Virus record (IMG/VR): IMGVR_UViG_3300038620_000126
Span: 1 to 64,000 of that record
DNA: 64,000 bases
Source: a virus
Strand: one strand, 5' to 3'
Shown here: piece after piece, positions 10,457-20,795 of the stretch
Position numbering within the stretch: position 1 is the first letter of the stretch
How the letters are laid out: each line of letters begins with the position of its first letter
Notes under the pieces: model-generated
Database searches by the model: none
What the model was told of the DNA's origin: nothing
What the model saw: only the letters and a program-made list of their open reading frames with translations
Position numbers and translations under genes: made by a program

Positions 10457-11106
10457 CTTCTTCTGTTAGCTTGGTATTTTTGAAATATTTGAGCTAATGA
10501 TTTTCCTTTTATTTGTTGACTTTCAAGCATTGAAACTTTAGCCCAATCTTTATAAGTTATAATTTCAGGATTAGTTAAAAAATTTGAGTGAATATAACTT
10601 CTTGTTGCAAATTCAAACCCCGTTCCTGCAAGTAACTTTTTAATTTCATCATAATCTATTTTAATGGGTTTTTGAGATTGTGGTTTACCCTGTTCTATTA
10701 AAAGTTCATTATATTGAATTTGATATTTAAATCTATTGTAAATTCTATCAAGTATAATTATTCTTTGTTTTCGGGGGATAAAGTGAAAATTTATTCCAAA
10801 TTCTTTTACGGTGTTTTGATTTTCAGAAAGTCTTTGCTCTAGTGATAAAACCAGTGGAAATTTATCATAAAATTCATTTTTTAATGGTTTTTTATGATTA
10901 TATCCAAAAAAATAAAACTTTATTGGTGAAAAATATTTTAATCCCATTTGATAATATCTTTCTGATAAAGATTTAGTATTTTGTCCTTTTACGTATATTT
11001 TATAAAACCAACGTTTTACATCTGATTCTAAGGCAGATGTACTTTTATATTCATTAATTAGTTTTTCGAGTTCAATTGATGGTGCTTCTAAGTTAGTTTC
11101 AGGCAT
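10453..11106 (-). CDS. T4 gp2-like DNA end protector protein
   Basis: FYDKFPLVL ... GINFHFIP..QR..ILD resembles the gp2 YYDxFPL...GLNLHYLP motif. Confidence 0.65.
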   Translation of the reverse strand: MPETNLEAPSIELEKLINEYKSTSALESDVKRWFYKIYVKGQNTKSLSERYYQMGLKYFSPIKFYFFGYNHKKPLKNEFYDKFPLVLSLEQRLSENQNTVKEFGINFHFIPRKQRIIILDRIYNRFKYQIQYNELLIEQGKPQSQKPIKIDYDEIKKLLAGTGFEFATRSYIHSNFLTNPEIITYKDWAKVSMLESQQIKGKSLAQIFQKYQANRRS

Positions 11107-11143
11107 TGCTTATTAATTAATTTGAAATAAATACTAAAAAACT

Positions 11144-11335
11144 ATGCAAAAAGATTTATTTACATATGAAGATGTTGAAAATATCCGTACAATAAACGAA
11201 TTAATTCAATCATACTGCAACAAAACATCTACAGACTTTAATAATTTAACAGAACTAGAAAAAGAAGAAATTTATAAAAAATACTTACATGAAAATAATA
11301 ATCAAAATACTAATAACAAGTTTTTAAATTCTTAA
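11144..11335 (+). CDS. Small hypothetical late protein
   Basis: AATAAATA at 11126 and an A-rich leader. Confidence 0.55.
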   Translation: MQKDLFTYEDVENIRTINELIQSYCNKTSTDFNNLTELEKEEIYKKYLHENNNQNTNNKFLNS

Positions 11336-11336
11336 A

Positions 11337-11534
11337 TTAATCGTTTAATTGATTGTAATTTTCATATAAGTTATCATCATTTTCAATATCTTCATTTTCT
11401 TCATCTTCTTCTGCTTGTGTATCACTTACATCGTCATATTCATTATATCCTTCATTAGAAGATAGGTTTTTATAACTTCTAAAATGTGGATTATTCAAAA
11501 GCATTTCGCTTTTGTCATATTTTTCATTCTTCAT
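11337..11534 (-). CDS. Small acidic hypothetical protein
   Basis: 65-aa D/E-rich ORF directly downstream of 11552..11980. Confidence 0.5.
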   Translation of the reverse strand: MKNEKYDKSEMLLNNPHFRSYKNLSSNEGYNEYDDVSDTQAEEDEENEDIENDDNLYENYNQLND

Positions 11535-11551
11535 AGTTACTTGTTTTTTTT

Positions 11552-11980
11552 TTATTTAAGTTCGTTTGAGTAATACATTGAACTTTCATAGGTTGTATCT
11601 ACAGAAAAGCTATCAATATAACCAGATGGTATAGATGTATCATCATATGATCCTCTTATAATTTCTTCTATTATTACCGCAATTTCATCATTATTTGTAA
11701 CATCAAATTCTGAACTTGCTTTCATATTTACTTTAATTCGATTTCCCATTATTTCGATTTTCCCGCTGGACTTAACTGGAAAGTAGGATTTAATACGCTC
11801 CTTAACATAATCAAAAAAATCACTTGTATATCTTTCAGATTCTAATTCACTATTAATATTAACATCAATTTTAAATTCTAAATATTCTGATTGTGACTTA
11901 ACAGCCTCCGCCAAAAACTGATTAAATGTTTTTACTCTATTTTTTTTAACTTTATAAAAATCAGTTAATTTATTTTTCAT
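11552..11980 (-). CDS. Putative capsid-internal protein (CTS-like VKTFNQFLAE)
   Basis: N-terminal motif; late motif at 11992-11999. Confidence 0.6.
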   Translation of the reverse strand: MKNKLTDFYKVKKNRVKTFNQFLAEAVKSQSEYLEFKIDVNINSELESERYTSDFFDYVKERIKSYFPVKSSGKIEIMGNRIKVNMKASSEFDVTNNDEIAVIIEEIIRGSYDDTSIPSGYIDSFSVDTTYESSMYYSNELK

Positions 11981-12069
11981 TACTTTTTTCTTATTTATTT
12001 AAGTTTTTTCAAAAATTGTTTAGAAACCTTATTTTTAGAAAAAGAAATAAATAAGAAAAAAAGAAAACT

Positions 12070-12642
12070 ATGGCTAGCTTACCTCATTATACGAACTCAA
12101 AAGTATCAATGTCAAACGATGAACCCGCATTTCTTAATCGGTTTAAAGTTTACATTGATTTACCTGAAGCACTGCGTTCCAAATACCCAAATCGCGAAAT
12201 TTGGATTGAACAAGTGAAAAAGATTTCGGGTCTGGAAACCGATAAACATCCAGGGACTGGTGCTGAACAACGTTTTGAATTTGCTCAACGCCGTTTTCCA
12301 AAGTCATTACCCGAAAGCACCACTGTTGATCTTGAGATGGAGTTTGAATGTAACATTAATGATCAAGGTGAATTTTATCCCTATAATGTTTTTCAAGACT
12401 GGTCTTATTCAATTTACGATCCTAGGACTGGTGCAATGGGATTAAAGAAAGATGTTGTTGGTTCAATGGAAGTTCTTTGGTTCCGTAAAGATGGTAAAGT
12501 ATTTAAGAAGTATGTATTTCCCGAAATTTGGGTTTCGGAGGCACTCAATGCTCCAGAACTAGATTATACAAGTGAAGATATATTTGTACTAAGTGTTAAG
12601 TTTGCTGCAGACTACTTTAAGATTCTTGATGTTGAACGTTAA
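12070..12642 (+). CDS. Tail tube protein (T4 gp19-like)
   Basis: NRFKVYI..P, DW...IYDPRTG.MG.K, Y.F...W...L...ELDY pattern; 190 aa; late motif upstream. Confidence 0.8.
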   Translation: MASLPHYTNSKVSMSNDEPAFLNRFKVYIDLPEALRSKYPNREIWIEQVKKISGLETDKHPGTGAEQRFEFAQRRFPKSLPESTTVDLEMEFECNINDQGEFYPYNVFQDWSYSIYDPRTGAMGLKKDVVGSMEVLWFRKDGKVFKKYVFPEIWVSEALNAPELDYTSEDIFVLSVKFAADYFKILDVER

Positions 12643-12674
12643 AATTTTGATTTTTTAATAAATAGAAAAAAGTT

Positions 12675-13388
12675 ATGCAAAAAGGAGTTTTATCTTACAG
12701 GGAATTTCTAAATGAAAGTAAAATACCCACTGTTAAAAAGTACAGGGATAGAGAAACCATTTACAATTATGAAAAAGCAAGCAAACGTAATTATATACTA
12801 AAGCAAATTTATGATAAAGGTTTTTTAACAATTGAAGAGTTAAATAATATAGCCGAAAAACCCCATGCTTCATGGTTTAGTAAAAATAAAGATTTTGTTC
12901 GTTCAGAATTTATTCGTGGGCGTAGAGTGTATAAACTTACACGCTGGGGGGAAAAATTGGTTGAAAAAGTTTATGGATTAAATGAGGGTTTTAGTATTAA
13001 TGATAGTATTTTTAATGAAAAGTTAGTAGAACCATCATATTATAAAGGTGATTCACCTGTGAGTTATAATTTTTGGAACCCCAAGTTACTGGCAGATGAT
13101 GATAACGAACTAAACAGACCCTATAAAAAACATAAAGACTTAGCTAAAGAAATTGAAGATTACTATAATCAAAGTAAATCAAAGTTTCGTTATAAAATGG
13201 ATGTTTATAAAAATCAAGTTGTAAATAAAAGTGGTAAAGTTCAAATTAAAAATAAAACGCGCATTCAAAAGATTAAAAATTCTGTAAGATGGATTATCAA
13301 AAATGTTATGCCATATAATAAAGTTCCAAAAGATCATGAATATGAAACTGCATTGAACTTTTTAATGGCTAATAGTCAGAAAAAATAA
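12675..13388 (+). CDS. Putative capsid-internal protein (CTS-like LSYREFLNE)
   Basis: N-terminal motif; possible winged-helix-like segment; late motif at 12657. Confidence 0.55.
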   Translation: MQKGVLSYREFLNESKIPTVKKYRDRETIYNYEKASKRNYILKQIYDKGFLTIEELNNIAEKPHASWFSKNKDFVRSEFIRGRRVYKLTRWGEKLVEKVYGLNEGFSINDSIFNEKLVEPSYYKGDSPVSYNFWNPKLLADDDNELNRPYKKHKDLAKEIEDYYNQSKSKFRYKMDVYKNQVVNKSGKVQIKNKTRIQKIKNSVRWIIKNVMPYNKVPKDHEYETALNFLMANSQKK

Positions 13389-13400
13389 ATACTAAAAAGT

Positions 13401-15500
13401 TTGGCAAACGGAGATTTTGGAAATTCAATTTTTGTAGTACTCAACGATTTTTTGTTGCTTGAGTACACTTATGCAGATTTTAATAATCCATTTACAGTAC
13501 AAGCTGAAATAGGACAAGTTGATAGTCCGGGAAATTTTTATATTTTTCAAAACGGTTACTTTGATAATACAAATTTTGTATCAAACACACCTTTAACACC
13601 TAGAACAAACAATGTACCTGAGCAAATGGTATTGCCTATTAATACCAATCGTTGGGTACTAAATTCAAATAAAACATCAATTCCGTTTTGGGAATCTGAT
13701 AGTAATATTAATCCTGAATTTCCAGCACTAACTTTAAATAACCCTATTAATGTTGTTTATGATAGAGTTAGAATTCATTTAGCATCTGGTTGGAATTTTA
13801 CTGATGTTCAAGGCATAATACCATATGTTCAGGTTTTTGAAAATTCTCAAAATTATTTAACACTTGCAAGTCTTGTACATGAAGATACAGATGATTGGTT
13901 TACTTATAATTCAGATTCTTTTTTATACAATGAAACTTTATTTGATAGATATTTAGAATTTTTAGTTCCTAGCACTCGTGAATTAATTAATGACTATCAA
14001 AGCGCACCTAAAAATGTAAAACCAGATACACTGGCAGCTAAACTTTCTAGTGATGGAAGGGGGTTAAAAGTTGGAAATCCTATATACATAGGTGTTTTCT
14101 TAGTTGAAAGATCATTTCAGCAAGACGGTTTTACTTATTATGCAACTAGTGAACAATTTGAAACTGCCGTCAATCAACAAGACCAGTTTGGTGATTTATT
14201 TGCTGAAATAAGAGAAAGTGAAAATGGAGATTATTTTGAATATGAAATGAGACAGGGTGGAAATTCTATTGAAAATTTTATTTTTTCTCAAAATGCACTT
14301 CCAGAAAACGACTATGTAATTTTACACACTCTTAGGGTTTTGGAGCAAGTGGGGGCACAAGAAATTGAAACTTATAATTTTTCAAACATTCAAAACTCTA
14401 GCTTTGATTCTCCAAACTTTTTTAGACCCATATTAAAATATGCAGAAAATTCGCCTGCATTTTCAATTGAATATCAAGCTACACTTTTTAATCAACTTGG
14501 TGGTAATTCAATGAATCGAAAAGCAGATATAACTTGTACCACACCAAATAAATATGGTCAACAACTGCTTAGGATACCATTAACACCCGTTACTCCACAA
14601 AAAGTTTACAATAGAGTAACAGAAGGTAAAAATATTACAATATCAGATGAAACAACTAGACCAACTACGGTTCGATATTTTCCATCGTTTATTGAAAAAC
14701 AGAAAATAGTTACTCAAAATAAATCATTATCTGTAAATTCACAAGGAGAAATTGTAGAAGAAGGTACGGATGATACTGAAATTCTTTATGGTCAAGGTAA
14801 AGCTTTAATTTATATGAGTCCTTTTGATAATTACCTTGGTTTTACGCTCTATACTAAGAAATCAGATGGATCAGTAACACCGATTAATTTAAGCTTTAAT
14901 TCTGAATATTATTTGGTTTTTGTTGATAATTCGGATTCCAATGTTTATATAAAAGCAAAAGAAAATCAGGACTTTGCCAGAGAAGAAGGTGAATTATATT
15001 TTGTTGTTTCAAAAGAGAACTCCCAAAGGATTGTAAACTTTAATAATAGAGAATTTTACATAGTTGTTATGAATGAAGAATCTGGATTAGAAAGTAACAT
15101 CTATTCAGGAAAATTTACAAATAGCCTTGAAGATATAGAAGCTAGGGATGAATCTGAAAATGTAAGTGGTGGACAAACACAAAGTTCCACACAAAATCAA
15201 CAAAGTGGACAAAATAACCAACAGGGAAATCAATCATCAAATAACCAGTCATCCAGCCAAACACAAACAAATTCCAACCAAGGTGATAGTGTATCAGTAG
15301 ATACTGCCATAAATAACTTAAACAAAAAGTCTGCAACCGTTCAATTGTCAGAACAAGAAAAGAAAAACTATGATAAGCTAAGCCAAAACCAAATTCCAAA
15401 TGTTTCTATTTCAGAAACTAGTGAAAACGAACTAAGTGTTAAAGGTATGATTAAACAACAAAACAAGCGTAAAGCATCTAACAATCAAAACCAAAACTAA
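13401..15500 (+). CDS. Large putative structural protein with Q/N/S-rich linker
   Basis: 699 aa, TTG start after AATAAATA (13384); low-complexity tract about 15160-15290. Confidence 0.6.
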   Translation: MANGDFGNSIFVVLNDFLLLEYTYADFNNPFTVQAEIGQVDSPGNFYIFQNGYFDNTNFVSNTPLTPRTNNVPEQMVLPINTNRWVLNSNKTSIPFWESDSNINPEFPALTLNNPINVVYDRVRIHLASGWNFTDVQGIIPYVQVFENSQNYLTLASLVHEDTDDWFTYNSDSFLYNETLFDRYLEFLVPSTRELINDYQSAPKNVKPDTLAAKLSSDGRGLKVGNPIYIGVFLVERSFQQDGFTYYATSEQFETAVNQQDQFGDLFAEIRESENGDYFEYEMRQGGNSIENFIFSQNALPENDYVILHTLRVLEQVGAQEIETYNFSNIQNSSFDSPNFFRPILKYAENSPAFSIEYQATLFNQLGGNSMNRKADITCTTPNKYGQQLLRIPLTPVTPQKVYNRVTEGKNITISDETTRPTTVRYFPSFIEKQKIVTQNKSLSVNSQGEIVEEGTDDTEILYGQGKALIYMSPFDNYLGFTLYTKKSDGSVTPINLSFNSEYYLVFVDNSDSNVYIKAKENQDFAREEGELYFVVSKENSQRIVNFNNREFYIVVMNEESGLESNIYSGKFTNSLEDIEARDESENVSGGQTQSSTQNQQSGQNNQQGNQSSNNQSSSQTQTNSNQGDSVSVDTAINNLNKKSATVQLSEQEKKNYDKLSQNQIPNVSISETSENELSVKGMIKQQNKRKASNNQNQN

Positions 15501-15504
15501 CATA

Positions 15505-15531
15505 AAAAACCCCAGCATTAAATGCTGGGGG
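15505..15531 (-). terminator. Intrinsic terminator between convergent genes
   Basis: CCCCAGCATT/AATGCTGGGG stem with a T-tract on the minus strand. Confidence 0.75.
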
Positions 15532-15556
15532 TCTGGCAAACAGGTTTACTTAACAC

Positions 15557-16285
15557 TTAATCTAACCATCCAAAACCAGAAAAATAGTCATTTTCTTTTG
15601 CATAACCCCTTTCCCGTGCAAAGTTTTCTGCTAAGTTGGCTAAACACATTTTAATAGCCAAACTTTGATGAAACAATGCCTCTAACGGTGTTCCGTCCTT
15701 TCGATATTTTCGTACTGTTTTCATATCAAAAAGAGTGTAAACCAGATAGTTTGTAAATTCTGGTTGTGTGACTATCGCAAAGGCCCTGGCTACTTTTTGT
15801 AATTTCTTTTTTCTCCCATCATAACGAAAGCGAACAAAACCACATCCACCACCAATTAGTTTACCTCGCTTTTTTGTAGATCCACCGTTATAAAATGGAT
15901 CATCGGAAACTATGGATTCAATACCTAGTTCTTCTTCAACTTTCGCTTTTACTCTATCCAAATTAGATAGAATATAATCCTCGAATTCACGTTCAACAGT
16001 TCCTTTAGGATAGAGACCGTTGATAGCTTTATCTTTCCCCTTTTTGCTTTTTACTAGGGATGCTGCTCTAGCATTAGCCGCTCTAGCGGGACGTTCCTTT
16101 TTACCATTACTGGTTTTTTGGTTTTTGTTCGAACCTTTGTTCGAACTTTTTTTACCTGCTGCGATTTTTTCACTCGCTTCTTTGCGAGTGATTTCCACGT
16201 TTCTCCATTCACCCCCATATATGCAATATAGAGCGAACTTTTGCTTTTTTGTAGCTGGATCGCCTGGATTTTTTACAGTGTCCAT
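15557..16285 (-). CDS. Basic hypothetical early protein
   Basis: 242 aa; PATKKQ..AL start and GGCGF motif; has its own early promoter. Confidence 0.7.
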   Translation of the reverse strand: MDTVKNPGDPATKKQKFALYCIYGGEWRNVEITRKEASEKIAAGKKSSNKGSNKNQKTSNGKKERPARAANARAASLVKSKKGKDKAINGLYPKGTVEREFEDYILSNLDRVKAKVEEELGIESIVSDDPFYNGGSTKKRGKLIGGGCGFVRFRYDGRKKKLQKVARAFAIVTQPEFTNYLVYTLFDMKTVRKYRKDGTPLEALFHQSLAIKMCLANLAENFARERGYAKENDYFSGFGWLD

Positions 16286-16324
16286 AGTTCTGTTTTGCTT
16301 TAATATTTAACCTTTTCTACTGCT

Positions 16325-16353
16325 AATATAATCAAAAAACTAATACGTGTCAA
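16325..16353 (-). promoter_or_regulatory. Early promoter TTGACA-N17-TATATT
   Basis: Exact motif on the minus strand upstream of 16285. Confidence 0.8.
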
Positions 16354-16390
16354 GCAACGAGTAGAAAAATTTTAACTTTTCTAAACAATT

Positions 16391-16422
16391 AAAAAACCAC
16401 CACTGATTTACAATGGTGGTTT
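16391..16422 (-). terminator. Intrinsic terminator
   Basis: AAACCACCA/TGGTGGTTT stem with a T-tract on the minus strand. Confidence 0.65.
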
Positions 16423-16472
16423 GTCCAACTTATAAAAAAAAACATTAAAACATAAAAAATAGAATACCGATT

Positions 16473-16757
16473 TTATTCACCAAGTGCAGGTTGGCGAATA
16501 CTAATTTCTGAACCGGGTGTACCGTTATAACGCCGCCGATATTTTGTAGCAGCATGTCGATAGCGCCACTCGGCGCAAATTTTTGAATCTTTCACCTTTT
16601 CATTTGAAGGTGATTCAAATAAAACATATTTGAATCCATCAATTTGAATTTGCTTTGGCGCTTTCCATTCGTTATTTAGCCCCAATTCTTTTGTTGAAGC
16701 CCCCAGAATCCTTGGAAAACTAACAAGTACGTGAAATTGGTTTTCGGAAAAGTTCAT
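16473..16757 (-). CDS. Hypothetical early protein
   Basis: 94 aa with its own promoter and terminator. Confidence 0.6.
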   Translation of the reverse strand: MNFSENQFHVLVSFPRILGASTKELGLNNEWKAPKQIQIDGFKYVLFESPSNEKVKDSKICAEWRYRHAATKYRRRYNGTPGSEISIRQPALGE

Positions 16758-16792
16758 AGTTGGTTAGCTTTAATGTTTAACTTTCTAATGCT

Positions 16793-16821
16793 AATATAGT
16801 AAAAGTTTTAGCTCATGTCAA
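16793..16821 (-). promoter_or_regulatory. Early promoter TTGACA-N17-TATATT
   Basis: Exact motif on the minus strand. Confidence 0.8.
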
Positions 16822-16899
16822 TAGTTGTAACAAAAAATTGACAAAAGCAAAGTTGTTTACTTATTTTTAATGTTAAAATAAATATAAAAAACAATAAAA

Positions 16900-17253
16900 T
16901 TGAAAAAGAAAAAAGTAGAAACTTTTAATGAGTATTTAAATAACTTAAATGAAAGAACGCTCACACATTACGATATTGAAAAAATTTCAAAATCTAAACC
17001 ACTTAAAGATCTTTTAGAATCTTTTGGTGTAAACCAACTAAGTAAAGATGAAAAGTATCACCTCTATGCATATTTATATCACGGAATTAGAAATGAATTA
17101 GCAAACCCAAGTTCAAGACTTCGTAAAAAACTTGAACGAGAAGGTGAATCTAATGCTTCATCAGTAATATCTTATGTTGGAATGTTTGAAAGTCTTTTTG
17201 AAGACTTAATGTTAAAAAATAAACCACCAAAAGAAAACCGTAGAAGCTCTTAG
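16900..17253 (+). CDS. Putative capsid-internal protein (CTS-like VETFNEYL..LNE)
   Basis: N-terminal motif; AATAAATA at 16877. Confidence 0.6.
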   Translation: MKKKKVETFNEYLNNLNERTLTHYDIEKISKSKPLKDLLESFGVNQLSKDEKYHLYAYLYHGIRNELANPSSRLRKKLEREGESNASSVISYVGMFESLFEDLMLKNKPPKENRRSS

Positions 17254-17381
17254 TTATTAATAAATTCCAAATTAAAAAGTTGCCATGTACACAAACTATA
17301 AGAAGAAAACCGTTGTTACTCAATATACGACTATTGTAAAAGAAAGACTTGCATCTAGCACAAAAAACCAAAAAGTAAAGC

Positions 17382-17789
17382 ATGGTAAAAAGAATTAAAG
17401 ATAGAGCCGATGTTATTGATGCTTTAAAGTCTGGAAACACAATTAAAGTAACTAACAAAGAAACAAGAAATACATTTCAGTTTAGAGCCAGAAAACGAAA
17501 CCTCTCTGGAAATGAATCTTATTGGATTGATATTTTTATAAAAGGAAACTTTCAATACTTAGGAATTTTAGAAAAGCTGGAAAACAAAAATTGGGAGTTT
17601 CGCGTTACGAAAGAAAGCTATGATGTAAACATGGCACAGTCTGCTTTTGAATGGCTTATAAATTTTGTGCAGGATGAATCTATCAAATGGCCCGAAAAAC
17701 TAAGAGTAAGCAGACTACCTAAAAGTGATGAAGTCCCACAACAAAAAAATAGACCTTGGTTAGCCAAACCAAGAAAAAGAACTTGGTAA
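17382..17789 (+). CDS. Hypothetical protein; paralog of the 58310..58837 N-domain without the Zn finger
   Basis: Shared T.N.F/L.F/YR...Y.I/V.......YLG/YIG...F..TK.S...F/I.WLI pattern. Confidence 0.6.
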   Translation: MVKRIKDRADVIDALKSGNTIKVTNKETRNTFQFRARKRNLSGNESYWIDIFIKGNFQYLGILEKLENKNWEFRVTKESYDVNMAQSAFEWLINFVQDESIKWPEKLRVSRLPKSDEVPQQKNRPWLAKPRKRTW

Positions 17790-17832
17790 TGTTTTGACAT
17801 AATAAATTTTGTAACAGTAATCTTTAATCAAA

Positions 17833-18909
17833 ATGAAAAAAGAACTTGACTACCATGATGTTACTATTTACTCTAGAGAAGTATCAAGCGTATTTACAAG
17901 ACATCACGTTAGCGTTTATAGTAAATGTAAAATAGGAGAACGTGAATATAGTATTGTTCCTATTTTAGCATCTCCTATGTATGATGTTTGTGGAACTGAG
18001 CTAGCATACTATTTGTGTAAAAATAATCACATTGGTGGCGTTTTACATAAATTTTTAAACGAAGTAGATATTACCAAGTTTTTTATTAGATGCAGTGAAA
18101 GAAATAAAGCGCAACCAATAGCATTATCTGTACCACTTGTTACAGGAATAGAAGAAAAATTAAAAAGCTTAAAAAAGTCAATAAGTGATTATTTTAAGAT
18201 TACCAACAATAAACCACTAAACCTTGTTATCTGTTTAGATACTGCAAATGGAGCTAGTACATTAGTTTCAAAATCTGTAAACTATGTTAAAAATGAATTA
18301 AAAGAAATTCAAGATAAGTATCCTTCAGAATTTAATTATGAATTAATGTCTGGCAATGTTTTAACAAAAGAAGGTGCAGAACACCTTTATAGCTTAGGTT
18401 GTAAGTTTGTACGTGTATCAGTAGGAGCGGGCAATGTATGTAGAACAAGTCATAATACCGGTATTTATAGACCGCCGATTAGTGCAATTAAGGAAATTGA
18501 TAAATGGCGTAGAAAAAGTAACTTAGATGACTTCTATCTAATTGCCGATGGTGGTATTGATTCCAGCAGCAAAGCAATGAAAGCATTTGCCGCTGGTGCA
18601 GATTTTATAATGATGGGCAAAGCTTTTGCCGATTGGGGTATATCAAACGCACCCATAAAAAGAAAGCTTTTTGGAAAACCCAGAAAAATATACCGGGGTT
18701 CAGCTAGTGCTGAAATAGCAAGAATATCAAATCCACAAGAACAAAAAATTATAGAGGGTACTAAAACACTATTGCCACGTAAGAACCAAACAGAATATGA
18801 AGACTTTTACTCTCAGTTTATTGGTGCTATAAAGTCAAGCATGTCTTATTGCAATGCAAGAACATTCGATGAATTCAAAAAAAATTCTATACTGGTAAAA
18901 AAATCTTAA
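17833..18909 (+). CDS. IMP dehydrogenase / GMP reductase family enzyme (no CBS domains)
   Basis: SPM, D.ANG, GNV, VGAGNVCRT (catalytic Cys), ADGGI, MMG..FA, YRGSAS and IEG motifs. Confidence 0.9.
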   Translation: MKKELDYHDVTIYSREVSSVFTRHHVSVYSKCKIGEREYSIVPILASPMYDVCGTELAYYLCKNNHIGGVLHKFLNEVDITKFFIRCSERNKAQPIALSVPLVTGIEEKLKSLKKSISDYFKITNNKPLNLVICLDTANGASTLVSKSVNYVKNELKEIQDKYPSEFNYELMSGNVLTKEGAEHLYSLGCKFVRVSVGAGNVCRTSHNTGIYRPPISAIKEIDKWRRKSNLDDFYLIADGGIDSSSKAMKAFAAGADFIMMGKAFADWGISNAPIKRKLFGKPRKIYRGSASAEIARISNPQEQKIIEGTKTLLPRKNQTEYEDFYSQFIGAIKSSMSYCNARTFDEFKKNSILVKKS

Positions 18910-18920
18910 AAGTAAGATTT

Positions 18921-19658
18921 TTAAGTTACCATTACTATAAAACTTGGGGGTTGCTGATCATTTAGTATTTCCTGTTCTATATTTTGTTGTTCTTCTTTAC
19001 CTTCTTCTACAAGATATGAAAGATTAATACTAGCACCCCCAATTAGTTGCATTTCAACATAACCAGCTAAGTTTTTACCACTTAATTCTTTAACTTTACC
19101 TATCATATATCTTTGGAATTTTTCATCTTCATAAAGCGATTCTAAGGGTATATCAACATAAGCTTTCATAACTAGTGCTTCATCTGGGTCTCTTCCTATT
19201 ATAACCAAATCATTAGTGTTATTGTTATACTGAAAACGGACTTCTTTAACAATGTATTTAGATGCCAAATCCCAGAAACTAAATTGTGCAGTTCGGTATA
19301 AAAGTGTATCAGAATCAAAGGGTGAAAAATATGCTTCACCCATTATAAATTTGTTTGCATCAAAATCATCATCAGGTGGTGAATTAAAAAACCCAGAACT
19401 TGTTTCCTGTACATCATCTACAGCCCTTACACACTTTGGAAGTTTAATTTTTCTTTTTTCTCGGAACTCTTTGGTGTTAAACTTTTCTTCAGGTATAATA
19501 ACATACTCAGGTTGAACTGCTTCTTCCCAATGTTCATAAAACCAATTTGAAACACGATTAATTACAGAATCAAATTGTTTGGCTTTTATTTTAATAGGAA
19601 ATTCACATTCTGCTGCAATGTTATCTTTTATTAGTTCTAAAAATTCTGTTTTTGTCAA
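18921..19658 (-). CDS. Neck protein (T4 gp13-like)
   Basis: C-terminal MQLIGGASIN....EEGKEE resembles the gp13 LPGGVTLN motif; size fits; late motif at 19671. Confidence 0.7.
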   Translation of the reverse strand: MTKTEFLELIKDNIAAECEFPIKIKAKQFDSVINRVSNWFYEHWEEAVQPEYVIIPEEKFNTKEFREKRKIKLPKCVRAVDDVQETSSGFFNSPPDDDFDANKFIMGEAYFSPFDSDTLLYRTAQFSFWDLASKYIVKEVRFQYNNNTNDLVIIGRDPDEALVMKAYVDIPLESLYEDEKFQRYMIGKVKELSGKNLAGYVEMQLIGGASINLSYLVEEGKEEQQNIEQEILNDQQPPSFIVMVT

Positions 19659-19688
19659 TTTCTTTTTTGTTATTTATTAAAAGTAGTT

Positions 19689-20057
19689 ATGATAAACATC
19701 AAAAAACGTAAAAAAATATACTATGATTCAGATAGTAAATATAAAACTGTAAATCACATATCTCACTTTAAAATGCCTCCAACCGTAACTGAAGATTATT
19801 ATGACAATGTTTTAATTAAACCTACGATGCTTGTATATCATAATAGTTATATTGTTAGTGTAGATTTTCTTATTTTCACTATAGATGGATTTGTTTCCCA
19901 TAATTTATTTGGTCCATGTTTAGTAGCTTTTGGGGCATCACTATCATATGAGTTTAACTATTATGGAAAAACGGTTTCTTATGAAGAACTAAAAAATATA
20001 AAATTAAAAAATCGAATTAAAGAAACAAGTAACAAAAGTAGTTATGATAAACCGTAA
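19689..20057 (+). CDS. Array paralog 1 (HNxFGP...YGK.VSYEELK)
   Basis: ORF track; paralogy. Confidence 0.8.
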   Translation: MINIKKRKKIYYDSDSKYKTVNHISHFKMPPTVTEDYYDNVLIKPTMLVYHNSYIVSVDFLIFTIDGFVSHNLFGPCLVAFGASLSYEFNYYGKTVSYEELKNIKLKNRIKETSNKSSYDKP

Positions 20058-20406
20058 AAAAAAGAAAAAAATATTGTATGATTTATTTGTATATTTAGAT
20101 AGTGAACTTAAAATTGTTTTACAAATAACGGTGGACTATCTTAAGGAAAGATCAAAAGGTTATTACAACAGTCTTACTATAAAACCTTCGAGGTTTGTCC
20201 ATTACGATGGTAATATTACTAAAATAGTTTTTACAGTTCTTATTTTGGGTAATAATTGTGTTATTTCTGAAATTCACAATTCATTTGGTCCATGTATTAT
20301 AGATTTTGAAGCATCAATGACTTATGAATTTGCTTACTGTGGAAAAATGGTTTCTTATGAAGAATTAAAAAACATAAAATTAAAAAATCGAATTAAAGAA
20401 AAGTAA
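20044..20406 (+). CDS. Array paralog 2 (most divergent)
   Basis: ORF track; shared C-terminus. Confidence 0.8.
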   Translation: MINRKKKKKILYDLFVYLDSELKIVLQITVDYLKERSKGYYNSLTIKPSRFVHYDGNITKIVFTVLILGNNCVISEIHNSFGPCIIDFEASMTYEFAYCGKMVSYEELKNIKLKNRIKEK

Positions 20407-20417
20407 CAAAAGTAATT

Positions 20418-20795
20418 ATGATAAACATCAAAAAACGTAAAGAAATATACTATAATTCAAATAGTAAACATAAAACTGTAAATCATATAGTTCATTTTAA
20501 AATGCCTCCAATCGTAACTCAAGATTACTATGACAATGTTTTAATTAAACCTACGTTGTTTGGATATACTGCTAGTAAGATTGGCGTTGCAAGTTTTCTT
20601 GTTTATACTATAGATGAACTTGTTCACCATAACTTATTTGGTCCATGTTTAGTAGCTTTTGGGGCATCACTATCATATGAGTTTAACTATTATGGAAAAA
20701 CGGTTTCTTATGAAGAATTAAAAAATATAAAATTAAAAAATCGAATTAAACAAACAAGTCACAAAAGTAGTTATGATAAACATCAAAAAACGTAA
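20418..20795 (+). CDS. Array paralog 3
   Basis: ORF track; paralogy. Confidence 0.8.
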   Translation: MINIKKRKEIYYNSNSKHKTVNHIVHFKMPPIVTQDYYDNVLIKPTLFGYTASKIGVASFLVYTIDELVHHNLFGPCLVAFGASLSYEFNYYGKTVSYEELKNIKLKNRIKQTSHKSSYDKHQKT

